Assembly (NCBI RefSeq): GCF_964355755.1
Contig: NC_092671.1
Coordinates: 3,038,001-3,102,000 of the forward strand
Length of the DNA stretch: 64,000 nt
Direction: 5' to 3'
From: Antedon mediterranea
Lineage: Eukaryota > Animalia > Echinodermata
Shown here: positions 49,601 through 64,000 of the stretch, piece after piece
How the letters are laid out: every line of letters starts with the position of its first letter
Position numbering within the stretch: the first letter of the stretch is position 1
Notes under the pieces: model-generated
Databases searched by the model: none
Seen by the model: the letters and a program-made list of their open reading frames with translations, nothing else
What the model was told of the DNA's origin: nothing
Made by a program: the position numbers and the translations under genes

Positions 49601-51083
49601 TCAATATATACAACATACAGTAAAATACAGTTTTGCAAAATATGCCTTATAGTGTAAGTATACAGTACAGTTCACATATTGGTGTGTGAAATAAGCCTCA
49701 AAAGCCTCATAGAGTATTCTTTACACTGCTGTTTTTTTTGGCTTGGAATTGATGTAATTTGCTAATGCAAGGCCTACCCAATGCACTTAATGTCAAGTTA
49801 AAACAAATTGAAAGAAGTATAATTTCGCCCCAAGCAAAAGTGGATAGAAGCTGAAATACATAGTCTGTTTGTTTCCGTAATATATTATTACAAGAAATCT
49901 GCGTCGACGAATTGACGTCAACTCTAAGTAGATGATACAATTTTCATTACTTAATAATTTAGTTTATCTAGATGAAAGAGACAACATAATCTATTGATAC
50001 TTTTAACCAATCAGAAGCTACCTGCTCCTGCCCACATGATCTAGATACAGTATATTGCTTCGCCACAATGTGGGTGGAAAATTAAATGTTGTCATAGCTC
50101 TAGGGTGTTAGACTGAAATTTAGCTCATTTAAAAGCATTGAAATAAGCCTTTGAGAATTATTAATATTATTGATTGATATTTTCCACATGAATCAAATAT
50201 ATTATGGTACAGTGCTGAGTGCATCAGTATCTATAAGTAAGAAATATTTAAATACAGTAGAATGTAACTGGACGAGAGAGGCCTTTGATCAATGATACTG
50301 AGAACCAACCAATCTACAGTAGGTGCTTTAAACAGTTCTGACTTAGTTTCATCCATCATTCAGAGGAATGCAAGACCAATTGACTTCGCCAAAAATACAA
50401 TGCTACAATATGCCATTCTGTATTACTTTACAGGGCTAGAAATTTACTTTTGTTTATACATCATTAGCAAACCTATACTGTAGTTGTAAAAATATAACTA
50501 CAGCTCTGTCTACACTATCAAACTAGTTTGAAAAAGTGTGATGTGCCCAAATATAGTAGTGATATGCCCAAATATGGTAGTGATGGCATAATCACATCCA
50601 TATCGTATAAGCACATCACATTTTGTTGTCACATAAAGTTTGATAGTGTAGACAGAGCTTCAGACTTGAAACAAATGAGAATGCTCTCATCTATTGCCGT
50701 AAATTTTAATACATTCTGGACTATAAACAGTTTGCAATTAGGAACAGAGTTTGTTATAGAATTGATAGATTTGTTTACATTGTACAAGCGAAGCTGAATA
50801 AGAAGTAAAGCGAGGATGGAATTAGCATCAGACTTAGAAGTTTCAAACCAGATGACATCAAATTCTTATTTAAGATTATGGATTTGTTTGTAATCCTGGT
50901 ATAAATTAGCCAAAAGAATCTCATTATTATTTTTTTTTAAACGTGAACAGTGAACATTATTAATACCAAGCTACAGTATAAATCTAGCTATAATTAGTGT
51001 TACTCTATAATACTATTAATTACAGTATATTATGAACAAATTCATAAGGCATTGAGTATTACCTGTACAGTATGTGTCCTTAA

Positions 51084-51686
51084 AGCTCAGGTACAGGCAT
51101 TAAATATTTTATCTGTTTAATTGTACATAAATATAAAATATCTTTAACAGAAATCAAGACGAAAAAACATGAATTTCCCTTAATATGGCCAATTACAAAA
51201 TTTGGCAAATTCTTCCATAAACCAGGAAGACCTTTTTTCAGTAGTTAGGTAGTTTAACTTAATGTAATAACATGTCCGGTGACTCCCTAGAAGGTGAAAA
51301 AAGATGGTGGATATGCGGTGGATAATTTTGCTATAGCATGAAAATAAAAATTTGAATTTGAATAAAAATACTAGAATTTAGAAATGTAAAATTCAAGTTA
51401 TGTTATCTACTGTATATTTAGTCATCTGATAACATTTTTTACCACACTGTTTATTTGTCATAGCTTTGTAAAATGTCTGGCTATTCACACAATTTGTGCA
51501 CAAAAGAATAGAGACTTTACTGTGTAATTTGAACTACAGTATCCCCCCACTGATATGAAAGGGCTTATTTTCAACAAGCTTGTGTAACACAAATAAAATC
51601 CCAAAAATTATGAAACATAGGGGAAACTATAGATCGATAATTATTGGAATGTATGATCAATAGACATTTTTGCCCGCACCTGGCCT
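51084..51686. mobile_element. Kolobok-like element, second copy
   Basis: TTAA|AGCTCAGGTAC ... GCACCTGGCCT|TTAA; reverse complement of 23571-24164. Confidence 0.8.
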
Positions 51687-52142
51687 TTAATGATCAACGT
51701 TGAGATTATATGATCTTAATTTATGGAATTAAAATTTTTAAAAGCAATATAATATATCAGATAATATTTATTACAAAAAAATTTGCTCAATGTGGACTGT
51801 ACTGAAAACATTTCATCCATAAAAAGTTTACTCTTTAGTTTTTTACTGTATATTGATTATTACAAGATCTGTATTGAGATCTATTTTGTAGTTTTACATG
51901 AATTGTTTACAATAGACCAACTGAATGCAAAACATACTATATTTAAAATGTCTCTGCTCTCCAAGAGGTATAATAAAATCTAATAATAATGTTGACTGTA
52001 GCTCATCAATAATTATTTTATTGACCTATGTCATGAGTAGTTTGAATTTCACTTTAGATAAGATGACGGCGGCATTATTTAATGTTGATATAGTAACAAT
52101 AATAATATTAGACTATGAAAACACTATCATTCAATCTATTCA

Positions 52143-53224
52143 GGCCCTGTTCAGACCCATGGCGTTAGACCGTTTTAGCGTACAACGTTACTATCAAGGT
52201 CACGTTACAAACCGCAGAGAAAAAAACGAGGTGTTCAGACCCATAGCGTACGATTATCGTTACAACGGAAGTACGTCATCCAGGTTGTTTCTAGTTGCAT
52301 ATTCATGTGCTCTTACCCACGTGTTTTCATCATTATTTCCACTGTATATAGGCCTAGATCTCAGCCCTACAATTATGACAAAATTTGCCGTAAATAAAAC
52401 ATACCTCAGCATTTATTTAAGAAAAATATAGTAAAGCCAAATTTCTGTTTCTATTGTTTTTATTTTGTTTGTAGTAAAAAAACATTTTCCCCAGGCTCTT
52501 GTGTTACGAAAATAAAGCAGGCCTCGTAATGATGAAGAAAAAATGATTGTGATTAGTCTATCCAGTCCAGTCAAAGATATATATTCTTTGGTCCAGTCGG
52601 TTGAAAATAACCCTTAACTTGCTAATAAAAGGGACACAGCTCCCCTTGTTTGTTTACTGATTTTTTTAGGAGTTAGGGGGTTTTCAGCATTAAACTTGTC
52701 CAGTCTAGTCTGCCTTGTATGAATGACTGACTTGATGTCCCACGCTAGTTTTTAGCTTGAATGAAATGCGTGAATGGCTCTAGGCCTAGCTAGGCCTAAA
52801 AGCGGATGGGATCGTAGTCCCTATGTTTAAATACAAGGTGCATGTATTTACGTCATTTGTTAGAAAATATAATGGTAATCAGTTGATAGTAGTAGTTTGT
52901 AGACTTTGTAACAGTTGTATTTGTAGTGTAGTTAGGCCTTATTTATTCTGGCCTTTTTGTTATTGAAATCCATCTCACACATTGACGATACAAGATGTCA
53001 GCCTAGGTCCAACCTTGTTTCGCGTCATAACAGGAAACGTTCTGATTGGATACAACGTTGACTTACAGTAGCGTCGTACGCTAAAACGGTACTATCAACC
53101 GTTTTCCACTACAACGCTACAACCGTTGTACGACGCGTTGTACGCTAATCCCCAACTGTTCAGACACACATTCTTTTAGCGTCGTACGCTAAAACGGTCT
53201 AACGCCATGGGTCTGAACAGGGCC
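52143..53224. mobile_element. Harbinger-like non-autonomous element, ~40 bp TIR, TCA TSD
   Basis: TCA|GGCCCTGTTCAGACCCATGGCGTTAGACCGTTTTAGCGTAC ... GTACGCTAAAACGGTCTAACGCCATGGGTCTGAACAGGGCC|TCA. Confidence 0.9.
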
Positions 53225-55423
53225 TCAGCCAGCCCCTTTCATGAGACAGATTTTAGAATTGAATATTTTTATAACAATATTTGTTGTTTCAGGCTCCTAA
53301 ATTTGGAATACTATAGATAAATTACTGTATGTATACTTGTTTTTATTTAGTCAATATTTGTAAAAATAAAACTGCATTAAAAATAGAAGTGAGTGAACGG
53401 AAATACAATTTTAGTAGATTTTTTGACCATGCAAATTTTCATCAAGGTGCCCCCCCCCCCCCCCACTATTGTAGAATTTGTCTATTTTTGTATTGCCGTC
53501 ATCATCATCAGTTATGCCTCTCGTCACACTTTCCTTTCTTACTATATTATGGAATTTCTCATAGGCAGGATGGTTTGTTTTCCATTTTAATGTTTCTGAA
53601 TTTATAGATTTTGTTCTACCTCTTGGCCATTCTTAATTTTCTGTTTTATTTATTTAGTCCAATCAATTTTTGCAGTTACCTTTGGGGAATCTTATCAGGC
53701 GTCCATACCAAATGTTTTTTTTTTTTATTTTACAAAAATTGATTTTTTACCTTGTCTATGAATTTAACATATTTCTTTGTACCTATACTATAGTCTACTC
53801 CTACAGTAATCATTGGGTGAAAATAAAACTATGTCGGAAATTTTGTTAGTGCGTGGAAGTATTTTACAATTAGTTACTTTTGATCTTCTAAATTATCAGC
53901 AGCGAAATAACAGTTATACCTCCCAGTAGTGCAGTTGTCTATTTGATATCAATTTAAATTATGTGTGTTAATTAGTTTCATAATCTGTAACTAAATCTAA
54001 ACTGTGTCAACGATACATGTCAGCTATCTACGTCCTGATTGATGGTAACAATAGGGGTTTACAATCTACGACATGTTCTCTGCTATTGAGTTATGTCTGT
54101 AATTTTTGTTGGCCGAAGATTCTAAGCATGATAGCAATATTTCATCATCAATCTTCGATGGTTTTCTTTCTCATCGATTAATAACGCGTATACCTTTCCA
54201 ACGCCGTCTGCAGACTTAACTTGAACAAACAGAGAATGTAAATAATGCTACACTAACTGCAAGTTGATCCATCATATAGACATGGTCTACAATATATTGG
54301 GGCCTGGTATTATGTGCTTGTTATATCTTGCCAATATACTGTACAGGTCTTTTTATAACTTTTGGCTGATTTCAACATGGATGATACATTTGTCAAAACC
54401 TGTTTGTGATTTTGCCAAGAACAATAAGCTGCATTGCTTGGACATGCGCAGATCAATTCAATGTGATTATCGTTCTTGAGTCTGTCCATAAGTATGTCGT
54501 TCTTGAGTTGTCCGTCGTTGTTGCCAAAGTTTGTTACAGTATTATTGCCAAGAATTGCCTCAACTTTATTTTAGCATAAGTGACAAAACACTATTTTATG
54601 TAAAATATTTGTAAACATTGTATGACTACTTTCGACATTAGGTTTTTTTTTGTTTGGACCTTGTCACATAAGCACATCACATTTTGCATATTATTGTGAT
54701 GTTCTATTCAACAACTACCCACTGAAATCTTGTTACATTTAACAGAAATGTGGTCTGTAGATTAAATATATTATTTTAAAATATTTTATCCAGACACTTG
54801 GTTTTACCGTGACAAACAGTTAAAGATTTTAGATATTTTCTTGACTTATAGTACTCTGTAGGCTGGCACAGATCATCTTCAGTAGCCTACAGTATGTAAA
54901 GTACCAGAAAGAAAAACCTGTAGTTAAAGTAAGACTAAAATTATATAATACTGTACTACTACATGACCCAATAATGATGTTAAAATGTTTGTTTTTGAGA
55001 CTTAGCAGCTGTGTACTACAGTATATTTAAGATGAAGCTATTAATTAAATTAAATGTACGGTATGGAACTGTAGGCTGTTTTGGAGAGCAATTGAAATAG
55101 AGCATTGGCCCAGTATGCCTGCTAGTGCTATAGTCAGGAAATCATTGATGGCCTCTTAATTTAATTAAGTCGGTACGAAACCTGATTCTATTCAAATGCC
55201 ACACATCAAGATCTATGACATTTGACAATTACTGCCGCAATGCCATTCAAATCAATCCATACCATTTCTATAATTGTGTTCCAACAGAAACATATTTGAA
55301 ATATACCATTAGGCTTTTTGAAACCTAAACTATTGCGAAATAATATTCTTCCAATTGCATGCAATATGAAAGGCAGTGAAATATCCTTATCTTTGAAATC
55401 TAATTGTCCCAATTTCTTATTCA

Positions 55424-57309
55424 ACTAGAAAGCCACTCCGAGAGTGCATACCTCCGCCTACTGTAAAATTCTCCTACATAAGATTTCTCCGGTAAAAAAA
55501 AAATATATATATTTGTGTGTGTCTTAACCGATTCACCACGATAAGCACTTAAAGCGCTCAAAAGGTTAAAAGTCAAGGTCATTGTAAACAAATTTTCAAA
55601 AAAAAAAAAGTAAATCGAATTTACATGCGCAGTTTGCTGTGCATGAATCGTAACAACAAATTATACAAAATACTCACAACTTTTTTTTTTAAAATATGCT
55701 TCTAAATATATAAAAACAATTGTTGAAGTTAGTTTGAAAATAAAATTCGAAAATATAACCGTTTTTCGAAGCACGCTGTTCGAAACGCGACAGGCGCGTT
55801 GAATGAATCTAGGCCTAAACATACAACGTAAAATCGTCTAAAATCCATCTTTATTTCTAATAATCACTATTTTGAAGCTTGTATACAATAAATGTATAAT
55901 AAATAAAGATTATGTATCAGTTACAGTGTCTAAATCGTCATATTTCCATGTAAAAATGTGATTTTTCTACCGGAGAAAAGTCGTGAAGATGTCCTCACGA
56001 GGGCCGCGCCATATTGTTTACCTTTGATTGTAATATGAACCCTGACATGTCAGATGCATTATGGGCATGAAATATTTGTTCAAACTCTGCGCAAAGGTCA
56101 GTTTATTGAAGCATAACTTTTGACAAACATTTTGATACCAAACTTGTTTTAATTTCATAAGTTTTCGACGCATTTTCGTCAAATTTTCTGCAAGCTACAC
56201 GTCTAAAACAGCGGACTAAGCTCCCGAGGGATGCCGGTGCGCGTGGGAATCGCGAATTCTAAGTCGCTTTCGGGATGTTTTTTTTTAACATTCCCGGTGA
56301 ACAAACAGCGGCGAGGACGCTCTCGGGGCGGCTCCCGATAGGCCTAGGCCCCATATGGTCATCGTCGGATGAGTCAGTCTACTAATTTCTTCATAATTTC
56401 GAAACCGGTCATTCATAATGGTCAAGTTTGGTCTTATTTTGAAGAGAAGAAATAGGTTCTGATGAAGAGATGAGTTTTATTATGAAATATTTATTAATTT
56501 TTGTGCATTTGGTAGTCAAAGATAAATTACAAATTTTTAATAATTTTCCTAAAATATTTCTAAAATTTGCATAATCCATACTCCGCCAAAATAAGTTGTA
56601 ACACAAATTTGATAACATATTTAGAAATAAAATGTCCTTTGCATTATTTTTGTTTTTTAATTTTTTTAATGTCTGTGTTTAGAAAAAAAGTTAGGGTTAA
56701 TTATATGACATATGCTTTTTGGGTCCCAGGGGAGCAAAATAAACTTAGGGGTCAATGGGTTAATGCTGTTTGTGATTTAGGCTAATTTCACTACAAGCAT
56801 GTGTATGCGAGTTTGGTGTAATGGTTATGTAACAAGCCTTTCAATTAACAATAGCTTCAGTTGACTAACAATAGAACAGCAACGCGAAAATCAAACGAGT
56901 GAATTTGAAAAGAAAATAGGTTTTTTAAACTACTGGCATCAAAAAACGTGAACATTAAATCAAATTATGTTTTAAAATTACAAATCACAAATTATAACTC
57001 TTGCCTCTTGTACATAAATGAAGTAGTGCTCGAGAAAATGCAATTTCAGTATACTTGTTACTTTAAGACTGCTCGCCGGCTTTTTGAACAATTCTGTCCT
57101 ATCTTTTAACACTAGCAGGTCTGACAAGTATACTAAAAAGTGGTCCAGAATTGGAACAATGGTCCCAAAATTTAATGGAATGGTCCTTGACCACATATCT
57201 ATCTGTATATTCATTTTGGTAAAGATCTTGTAATTACTTTTGAGTAATCCTGCTAACAAACAAACACACGCTACCGATTACATATACCGTACCTCCTTGG
57301 CGGAGGTAA
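55424..57309 (-). mobile_element. Helentron-associated (HINE/DINE-1-like) non-autonomous element
   Basis: Minus strand starts TTACCTCCGCCAAGGAGGT (subTIR plus partial IR), then (GTTT)n, and ends GGCGGAGGTATGCACTCTCGGAGTGGCTTTCTAGT (subTIR, stem-loop, CTAG), with T-rich flanks. Confidence 0.75.
55528..56759. mobile_element. piggyBac-like non-autonomous element nested in the HINE
   Basis: TTAA|CCGATTCACCAC ... GGGGTCAATGGG|TTAA (9/12 TIR match, CC..GG ends). Confidence 0.6.
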
Positions 57310-60300
57310 ATGAAACTAAATCTAGGATTTTTAAATGCATGTTTAAAGCCTAAAATGAAAATTTATTATTATTGCTGTAACTTTTGCATTTACATAGTTA
57401 AACCAAAATTTAGTAGCGTGTGTGTACATTCTGCTGATGAACTATGACCTTTTATTAGGAATTAATTACACTAACAATTGAACTCAATAAATTGTGTTGT
57501 TACATAGTTGTGTAATGTATTCAATTGCATGGATATTCCATCTGTTGACCTTTTTGTCAACTAATGTCTACATCATGATTCATAGTCTAAAGTACAGATG
57601 TTGATCAATGTTTCACACTATGTACAGTAAAGCTCTGTCTACACTATCAAACTTGTTTGACAAAAAAAGTGTGATGTGCCCAAATATGGTAGTGATATGC
57701 CAAAATATGGTATATAGTATCATGTCCATATATGTACACATCACATGTTTTTGTCACATAAAGTTTGATAGTGTAGACAGAGCTTTTTTTAGTAACATTT
57801 TAATATTTTTTTTCTTTAATCACCAAGACTAAAATTAAAAAGGTACCTTAGGGATCAGATCATGTAAACATTGTTATAAATTGTTATTCATTTACTGCAG
57901 TAATTACATTTTTAAAATGCAGTAATATATGGTTCTTAGAAGTTTACGAGTCTGTAACCTAAATACAATAAACAGTGCCTGATTATAAATAAAAAGAATA
58001 ATCACTGTACAGAAATTATTCTTACATACTGTATTATTAAAGTCAAATCAATAAATTAAAAATACATTTTTCATGCATTTTTAGATCAATATAAGATGAA
58101 GCAAAAACCTGTATTTAGTTTTACTTTTAATACGCAAAAATAATTTAACATTTGGAAGCTGAGAATCATAGGAAATTTAGAAAATTATATTCTGTAAATT
58201 AGCAGTAATTGGACAACTAAATACAGACAGTATTATAATATTTGCAATATTAACCAATGCTATTAAGGTAAAAATAAACACCAAATACTGTACATTTAGA
58301 CTGGAACAATTTGAATACGTAGATTTGTATTGTAGAACATTGTACATACAGTATTGAAAGAGTGGCAATCATATTTAAATTGTAGATCATTTAGCAATAA
58401 TTGGTTGAAATAAACAGATGAAATTGCAATGATGACGTATATTATTTCCCTAACCTTTCACAGTTGTCTTCCTGCAACTGTTGTGTTCTATAAAATACTA
58501 TTTCACAGAGGATTCATTCTTATTTTATGTGCAGATTTTAAAGACTTTTTATAAAACTGACTGCAGAATACATGACTGTAAACTTGTAATACAGTGCAGT
58601 ATAGTAATAAAAATAACTTGATTGAACCATCAGGTTAGATAATCCATGCAAACACAATGTAATGTGATCTCAACATTGAAATATGCACATATTTCATGAA
58701 AGTATTATATTGTTATTATTTGTTTCATTTTGCCATTTTTGGTGACTATTGCCTCCATACTGATCTACAGTATGTCTATAATGTTATTTTAAGCATTTTT
58801 ATTACTAACAATCAAAACTAAAATAACTAAATTGCAACGGTTAAATCTCAAGCTCTGTCACTATTAAACTTTATGTGACAAAAAAATGTGATGTGCCCAT
58901 ACAGAGTATATGGACACTACCATATTTGGGCATATCACTACCATTGGGCACAGTACACTTTTTTTTGTCAAACTAGTTTGATAGTGTAGACAGAGCTTTA
59001 CGGTGGTTCATACAGTACTGTTACCTCTCTAGCATGAGGTGGTACAGTACAGTTAATTAAGCTGTTTGATACAGCAAGCCTTAGATTTACTATCATACTG
59101 TAGGATGTCGTAAAATACAGCTGTTATACCCTGCCAACTGTACAGTACAGGCTCAAATTTACTGTACATAAAAACATTGACTTGCTTCACAGATGATTTG
59201 AAGTCGCGCATAAAATATTTATTAAACTGTAAAATGAAATGCATTCATGTATTATGTAGGAGATGTCAGCGAAATAGGAAATGATAATTCGCAATGAATA
59301 CAAAGTCTACATAAATTGTAAATAATATCGCAATGTCAATATCTGATGTCCATTGCTGTAAATTAACTCACAAAATGTCCTGACTTCGATCACGATTGAA
59401 ATTGCTCACTTTGCGCTGGTGCTTTATGTCATGGCCTCTGGCTTGATATATTTCTTTGATCCATTCATTTCAGGCCTGATCTGAATTTTTGATAGTTCAA
59501 CATTGATTAATATTTACAACTTGAGTGGAGACTCTTTAATATTTAAATGTGGGTGGATGATCTGCTTGAAGTCAATGTGTTCATCTTCACATCATATATT
59601 TTACTTGTCAAATGAAATTTACTTTTTATGAGTATTTACAGTAGAGGAATATCAGGGTTGTACAGAGGTCATTTTAAGGATGTCTGGGGAAAAGAATATA
59701 AAATCATACTTCACATCATATGTTACTTGTCAAGTGATATTACCTTTGTATGGTGTTAGAGGACGTTCTTTCGGATATAATAATAATAATAATAATAAAC
59801 AGTATTTATATAGCGCCTAATGGATCACTGACCCCTCTAGGTGCTTTACATTAGACCTTAACTACTGTAATGGTAATAAACTATCCCCCGCCGGACACCA
59901 TTCCGGTATTTCTTAGTCGAGGTTTCGGGAATGGAGACAATCAATAATGTGAAAAAAAATGTAACTAAGCTTAACTGTTTGGGTAGGTGCTGTGTTATTA
60001 ATTAATTATTAAAATGGGTGGATACCTTTAAATAAGCTTTTAGGCTGGGTTGAAGACTTAAAAGGTATACAGTACAGTAGGTATCTCCACCTAGCACAAT
60101 TACTGTATATCCATGAAAATATTTTTCGCCATACAAGGTGACTTTACTGTATGTACAGTACTGTATACAACTTCCAGCCAAACATCTTGATGTTCATACA
60201 TACAGTACGTCCATACCACCGATTGTGCGCTTGTAGTCGGATTTTAGTCGTACCCAAAAAGAACTTGCGAACTTAGACACATAAGTATTTTCAAATGTAC

Positions 60301-63249
60301 AATTCTATTTACTTCATCATTGGTTACTGTACATCTTACTACTTTAGTTACCATTATGGTGTTAGGATCGTTTAAATATTAATTTAACTAATTAATCATG
60401 TTCGCATATTGCCATACATGAATTGCGCATCCAACGCCAAAGCTAAATATAGCGTAGAGGTCTTTAACCGATTATCTGAAAAGAACCTTCTAAACCGTAG
60501 TTATATGATGGATGGTTGATGCTGATGAATATAATGAATAATAGGTTAACGTTACCTCTTATGGTTAAACTCGTCAAGTTCTAAATTTACACATCCATCT
60601 GTCATCCTGTCTAATGCATAATTATACATGTAGATAATTGGCAATTAACAGTTTTACAAATCTACTACGGCTACAAAGATCAAATAAATTTCAAAATGTA
60701 GCCAAAGACATTTATATAAATACCCTTCTCACAATATATTTCAATGTATTGAAGGTGGAGCTTAAATATTTTATGTAAAAAGATGACCAATGGCAATGTG
60801 TTGGATCATCCAACATTGGTAAAATAACTTACGGTGTGCTTATGTCTTTGCATTGGGTCCTACAGTAAAGTCCAGCGATGTTGAAAAGGAAGTTCAACAA
60901 TGTTTTCGGATTTCCCACCTCAACTCATACCCGAACCCTCAGGTACTTTTCTTAATACCTAGTTTTTTTTTGTACAGTTGTCCTACAATTAGACCACTGT
61001 AGCTTTAAATCAAAATATACAGTATTTGTGATACTACTGTATGTTTTCAACCAACTGCACAATTCAGAAATAGACATCATTATACAAACTCTGTAGTTTA
61101 TACATATTAAAAAATAACAATTATAGAATTATATAATTGTGGAACATACTGTGTATAACAAACTATGCGTTTTTAATTTAATGTAATAAATTAAAAAAGT
61201 ATAAATAATTTCCAATCGGCTAGACAACTCCAGACACAGAAAAATATGTAACTTGCAGTTTCATAATTTTACCTTCTACATCTAGTTTAACCGCAATGGA
61301 AATTGCATATAAAAAATGTGGATTTTTAAAGGACAGCCATTTGGCATTTTTGAATTGATTTGTGTTTTGTCCAACATTTTTATAGTCTAATGCAAACATG
61401 TGGTACAAACATAAACTGAAATTGCGAATTGTATACCATATCTAAGCTTGAATTTCTACAGCAAATGGAGACAAAATATGAAAAGAAATGAAATATAAAT
61501 TGGATACAGTAGGTATAGAGAAATTCTAAACTACCCAGTGATATAGTGGATTAATTTTAAATGACTAAGTTAAAACGTATAGTATAGTAATTTTTTTAGG
61601 CAGAATTACAGTAAATATTCAATTGTAAACAAGCTCATTTAAAAAGTTATATTAAATATTTGTTAATAAATGCACCAAGTATTTGACAAAAAAGGTGTGA
61701 TGTGCCCAAATATGGTAGTGATATGCCCAAATATGGTACTGATATGACATCATCGTGTCTATATATAAGGGCACATAACATTTTTTTTTTCACATAAAGT
61801 TTGATAAGTGTAGACAGAGCTTTAGGATTTACTTTGTGAATAAATCAACTAGCCAAAACTTGTAAATTAAATTGCAAAAAAATAGTAAAACGTTTCAAAC
61901 GAAATCCATGTCGGATATTTTGAAGGGTATAGAAAATACGAGAGAAGTATCATCAGCATCTACTGTGCTAGGCTCTATATCATCATTATAATCCCGTCAA
62001 GGAATGATTGTAATGTATTTCCCTTGGGTCTGTAATCCCAGCAATATCTCTGAAAGTTAATGTTGGTTTGATGCGTTACACTTGGCCTATAGACCAGTCG
62101 TATTTGAGGTATAGGTGTCACTTTTTGCAGAATTTACTTCATCTATTTTTTCTGGGGTAATTTTGGCTGTAGAATACGAATATGAATGTTGATCGCAACG
62201 GGGAGGGGGCGTTTTTGAGATATAAAGGGTCAAAGGTCAAATTAGGTCAAATAAGTCATTTTATGAAGAGGAAACCGTTTAGATATGTTAAATGCAACAG
62301 AATTTTGTTGTTTAGTTGATATGGTCCAAATAAACATCATATCCAAAGTTTACCGAAATCGGACGTCGGGAAGTGGGTTAATTAACATAAATTCAAAATG
62401 GCCGCCATTTACCATTTGAAGTTCCAGTATCTCCTCAATGGTTGGTTTTAGACCACCTAAGTGCATTACGAGTAGATATAAATGTGACATTAAACTTCCA
62501 AATTAGCACATTTAAATTACCATATGACGTAGCTATGACGTCATATGGTAGTTGTGACGTCATATATTATGTTCTTATAACTGCGTAAATGACATTATCC
62601 TATCCTAAAATAAATGTAGAAACCGCAGGAAAATTTCTAATATTTTCCTGTTGAAATGAACATGATATCCAAAGTCACACATCAAAAAGAAGGTTAATTG
62701 CATAAATTCAGAATAGCCGCTATATAAATGTGGTATTAAACTTTCAAATTAGTATTTAAATTACCATATAATGTACATATGACGCCATAAGATAGTTATA
62801 TAAGTATGTCAAAATAATGCACAATTGGCATATTCTAAGGAAAAAATATGTTTTAAATCTCCATGAAAATAGTAAAAAATCCAGGCTAAGGTCATCAACT
62901 GTGTATCAAAAGTTTACTATTTCCGCCACCCTTCACCTTCCGATTCCCCGTACGCGTGAAACATTCATTGGTTGAGGCCAACAAAGGGGTACCCCCACCC
63001 AAACCCCCTTAATCGACAGCGAACATATACGCGGTACACCAATGGTTATTCGTAAATTCGTACCACATACTGTACTGTTTACTTCGCTGTTAGTCAGCAT
63101 GCATAAAGTGTATAGCCCTCAGTAAAAATGGAATGCCGCAGTTACTTAAAATATATAGTAGTACACTTAATATGGTTTTTCTTTTTACCAGAAGAAAAAT
63201 GATCATATTTTTCTCGCCGACAAATATGGTCAATACTATATTAGCCAGC

Positions 63250-63465
63250 GATCTAACTACTAAACAATAGGTACGCACTTGTCTGGCGGTATCCCTTTGT
63301 ACGAATCGTTCAACGTTGTGTCCAGACGTGTGATATCATATTCCATCCAGGGACCAAAATGTGTAGCAGTACTGTAGTTACTTTCCAGACGAAAAGTTTA
63401 CAGACCGTTACGTCGTGTACTGTGTATCGACGTGCGCTACAGCAAAAACGAATTATGTTAATCTG
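63250..63465 (+). repeat. Dispersed repeat shared with the interior of the hAT element at ~22315-22525
   Basis: CGCACTTGTCTGGCGGTATCCC.TTGTACGAATCGTTCAACGTTG...CCATCCAGGGACCAAAATGTGTA present at both sites. Confidence 0.85.
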
Positions 63466-64000
63466 ATAACTTTGAAAACAGAGATTCTTAAGTCTGTAAA
63501 GTTTAATTCTACCCTTACCTAAACGCCATCCTAAATCTGGAGGATCACATTTTGCCATCCAAGGTACACATAGAAAATGTAATAGTTGGCATCGTCAAAA
63601 TACTTATGGTTTCTTTGTCAGGAATCAAACCACCATATACGCAATTTCCACATTTATCAGTTGGTCTTTGACATTTTAAACTATAATTATTACATGATGC
63701 TGGCTGTTTATGTTGTAGAATACATTTGGTATGATATAGCCATGTTTATTGGAATATGTTGGTTCAGGGACAGAGAAACATTGTTTATGTGATTTTCTCT
63801 AGTTCCAGCTAGTTCTTTAGGGAAACCTTATTTTCTGTTAACGTTTTAAACGTGATCTCAGTCAGAGAAGAAACATGCTAGATGCAGCTTTCGTAATAAA
63901 TAATACATTCAATATAGTTGTAGTATTTTCACCATGTTTCCGCCTAAACAGTTGTTATGTTACCTATAAGAAATCATTGATAGAACTTCACGGCGTAAAA

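Noticed and set aside
51925-52431. 168-aa ORF
   Set aside because: Runs from AT-rich DNA into a Harbinger TIR; no domain or splice support.
56360-56412. Hammerhead ribozyme (CGGATGAGTC...CGAAAC)
   Set aside because: Core is CGGATGA rather than CTGANGA and stem II cannot form.

Overview
AT-rich, intron-rich animal genomic DNA. It is probably from an invertebrate deuterostome, inferred from Deu-domain-type SINEs; an echinoderm is plausible but not proven. I assembled the spliced genes by hand from GT-AG boundaries with consistent reading frames. In order they are: the 5' end of a NAB (NGFI-A-binding corepressor) gene (minus, runs off the left edge); IAH1 (minus), head-to-head with a mitochondrial acyl-CoA dehydrogenase of the AtuD/acdh-6/LCAD type (plus); a CSAD/GADL1-type PLP decarboxylase (minus); a CNBD2-like gene (plus); CCDC12 (minus); and probably the first exons of an unidentified large-intron gene (plus, from ~42.8 kb). 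The rest is dense with non-autonomous transposons (Harbinger, hAT, Kolobok, Tc1/mariner, piggyBac, Academ, Helentron-like, Crypton-like), DeuSINEs and minisatellites. Four observations stand out. (1) The decarboxylase has an in-frame upstream exon resembling a mitochondrial presequence, a second possible short first exon, and a WCQHK PLP motif instead of WNPHK. (2) IAH1 and the AtuD-like dehydrogenase share a ~313 bp bidirectional promoter. (3) A 447-nt dehydrogenase intron is in-frame and stop-free. (4) A 2.4 kb inverted-repeat-flanked cassette begins 5 bp upstream of the CCDC12 ATG and carries duplicated back-to-back Pol III/tRNA-like units plus a C-type-lectin-like ORF. All homology calls are from recall, not database searches.
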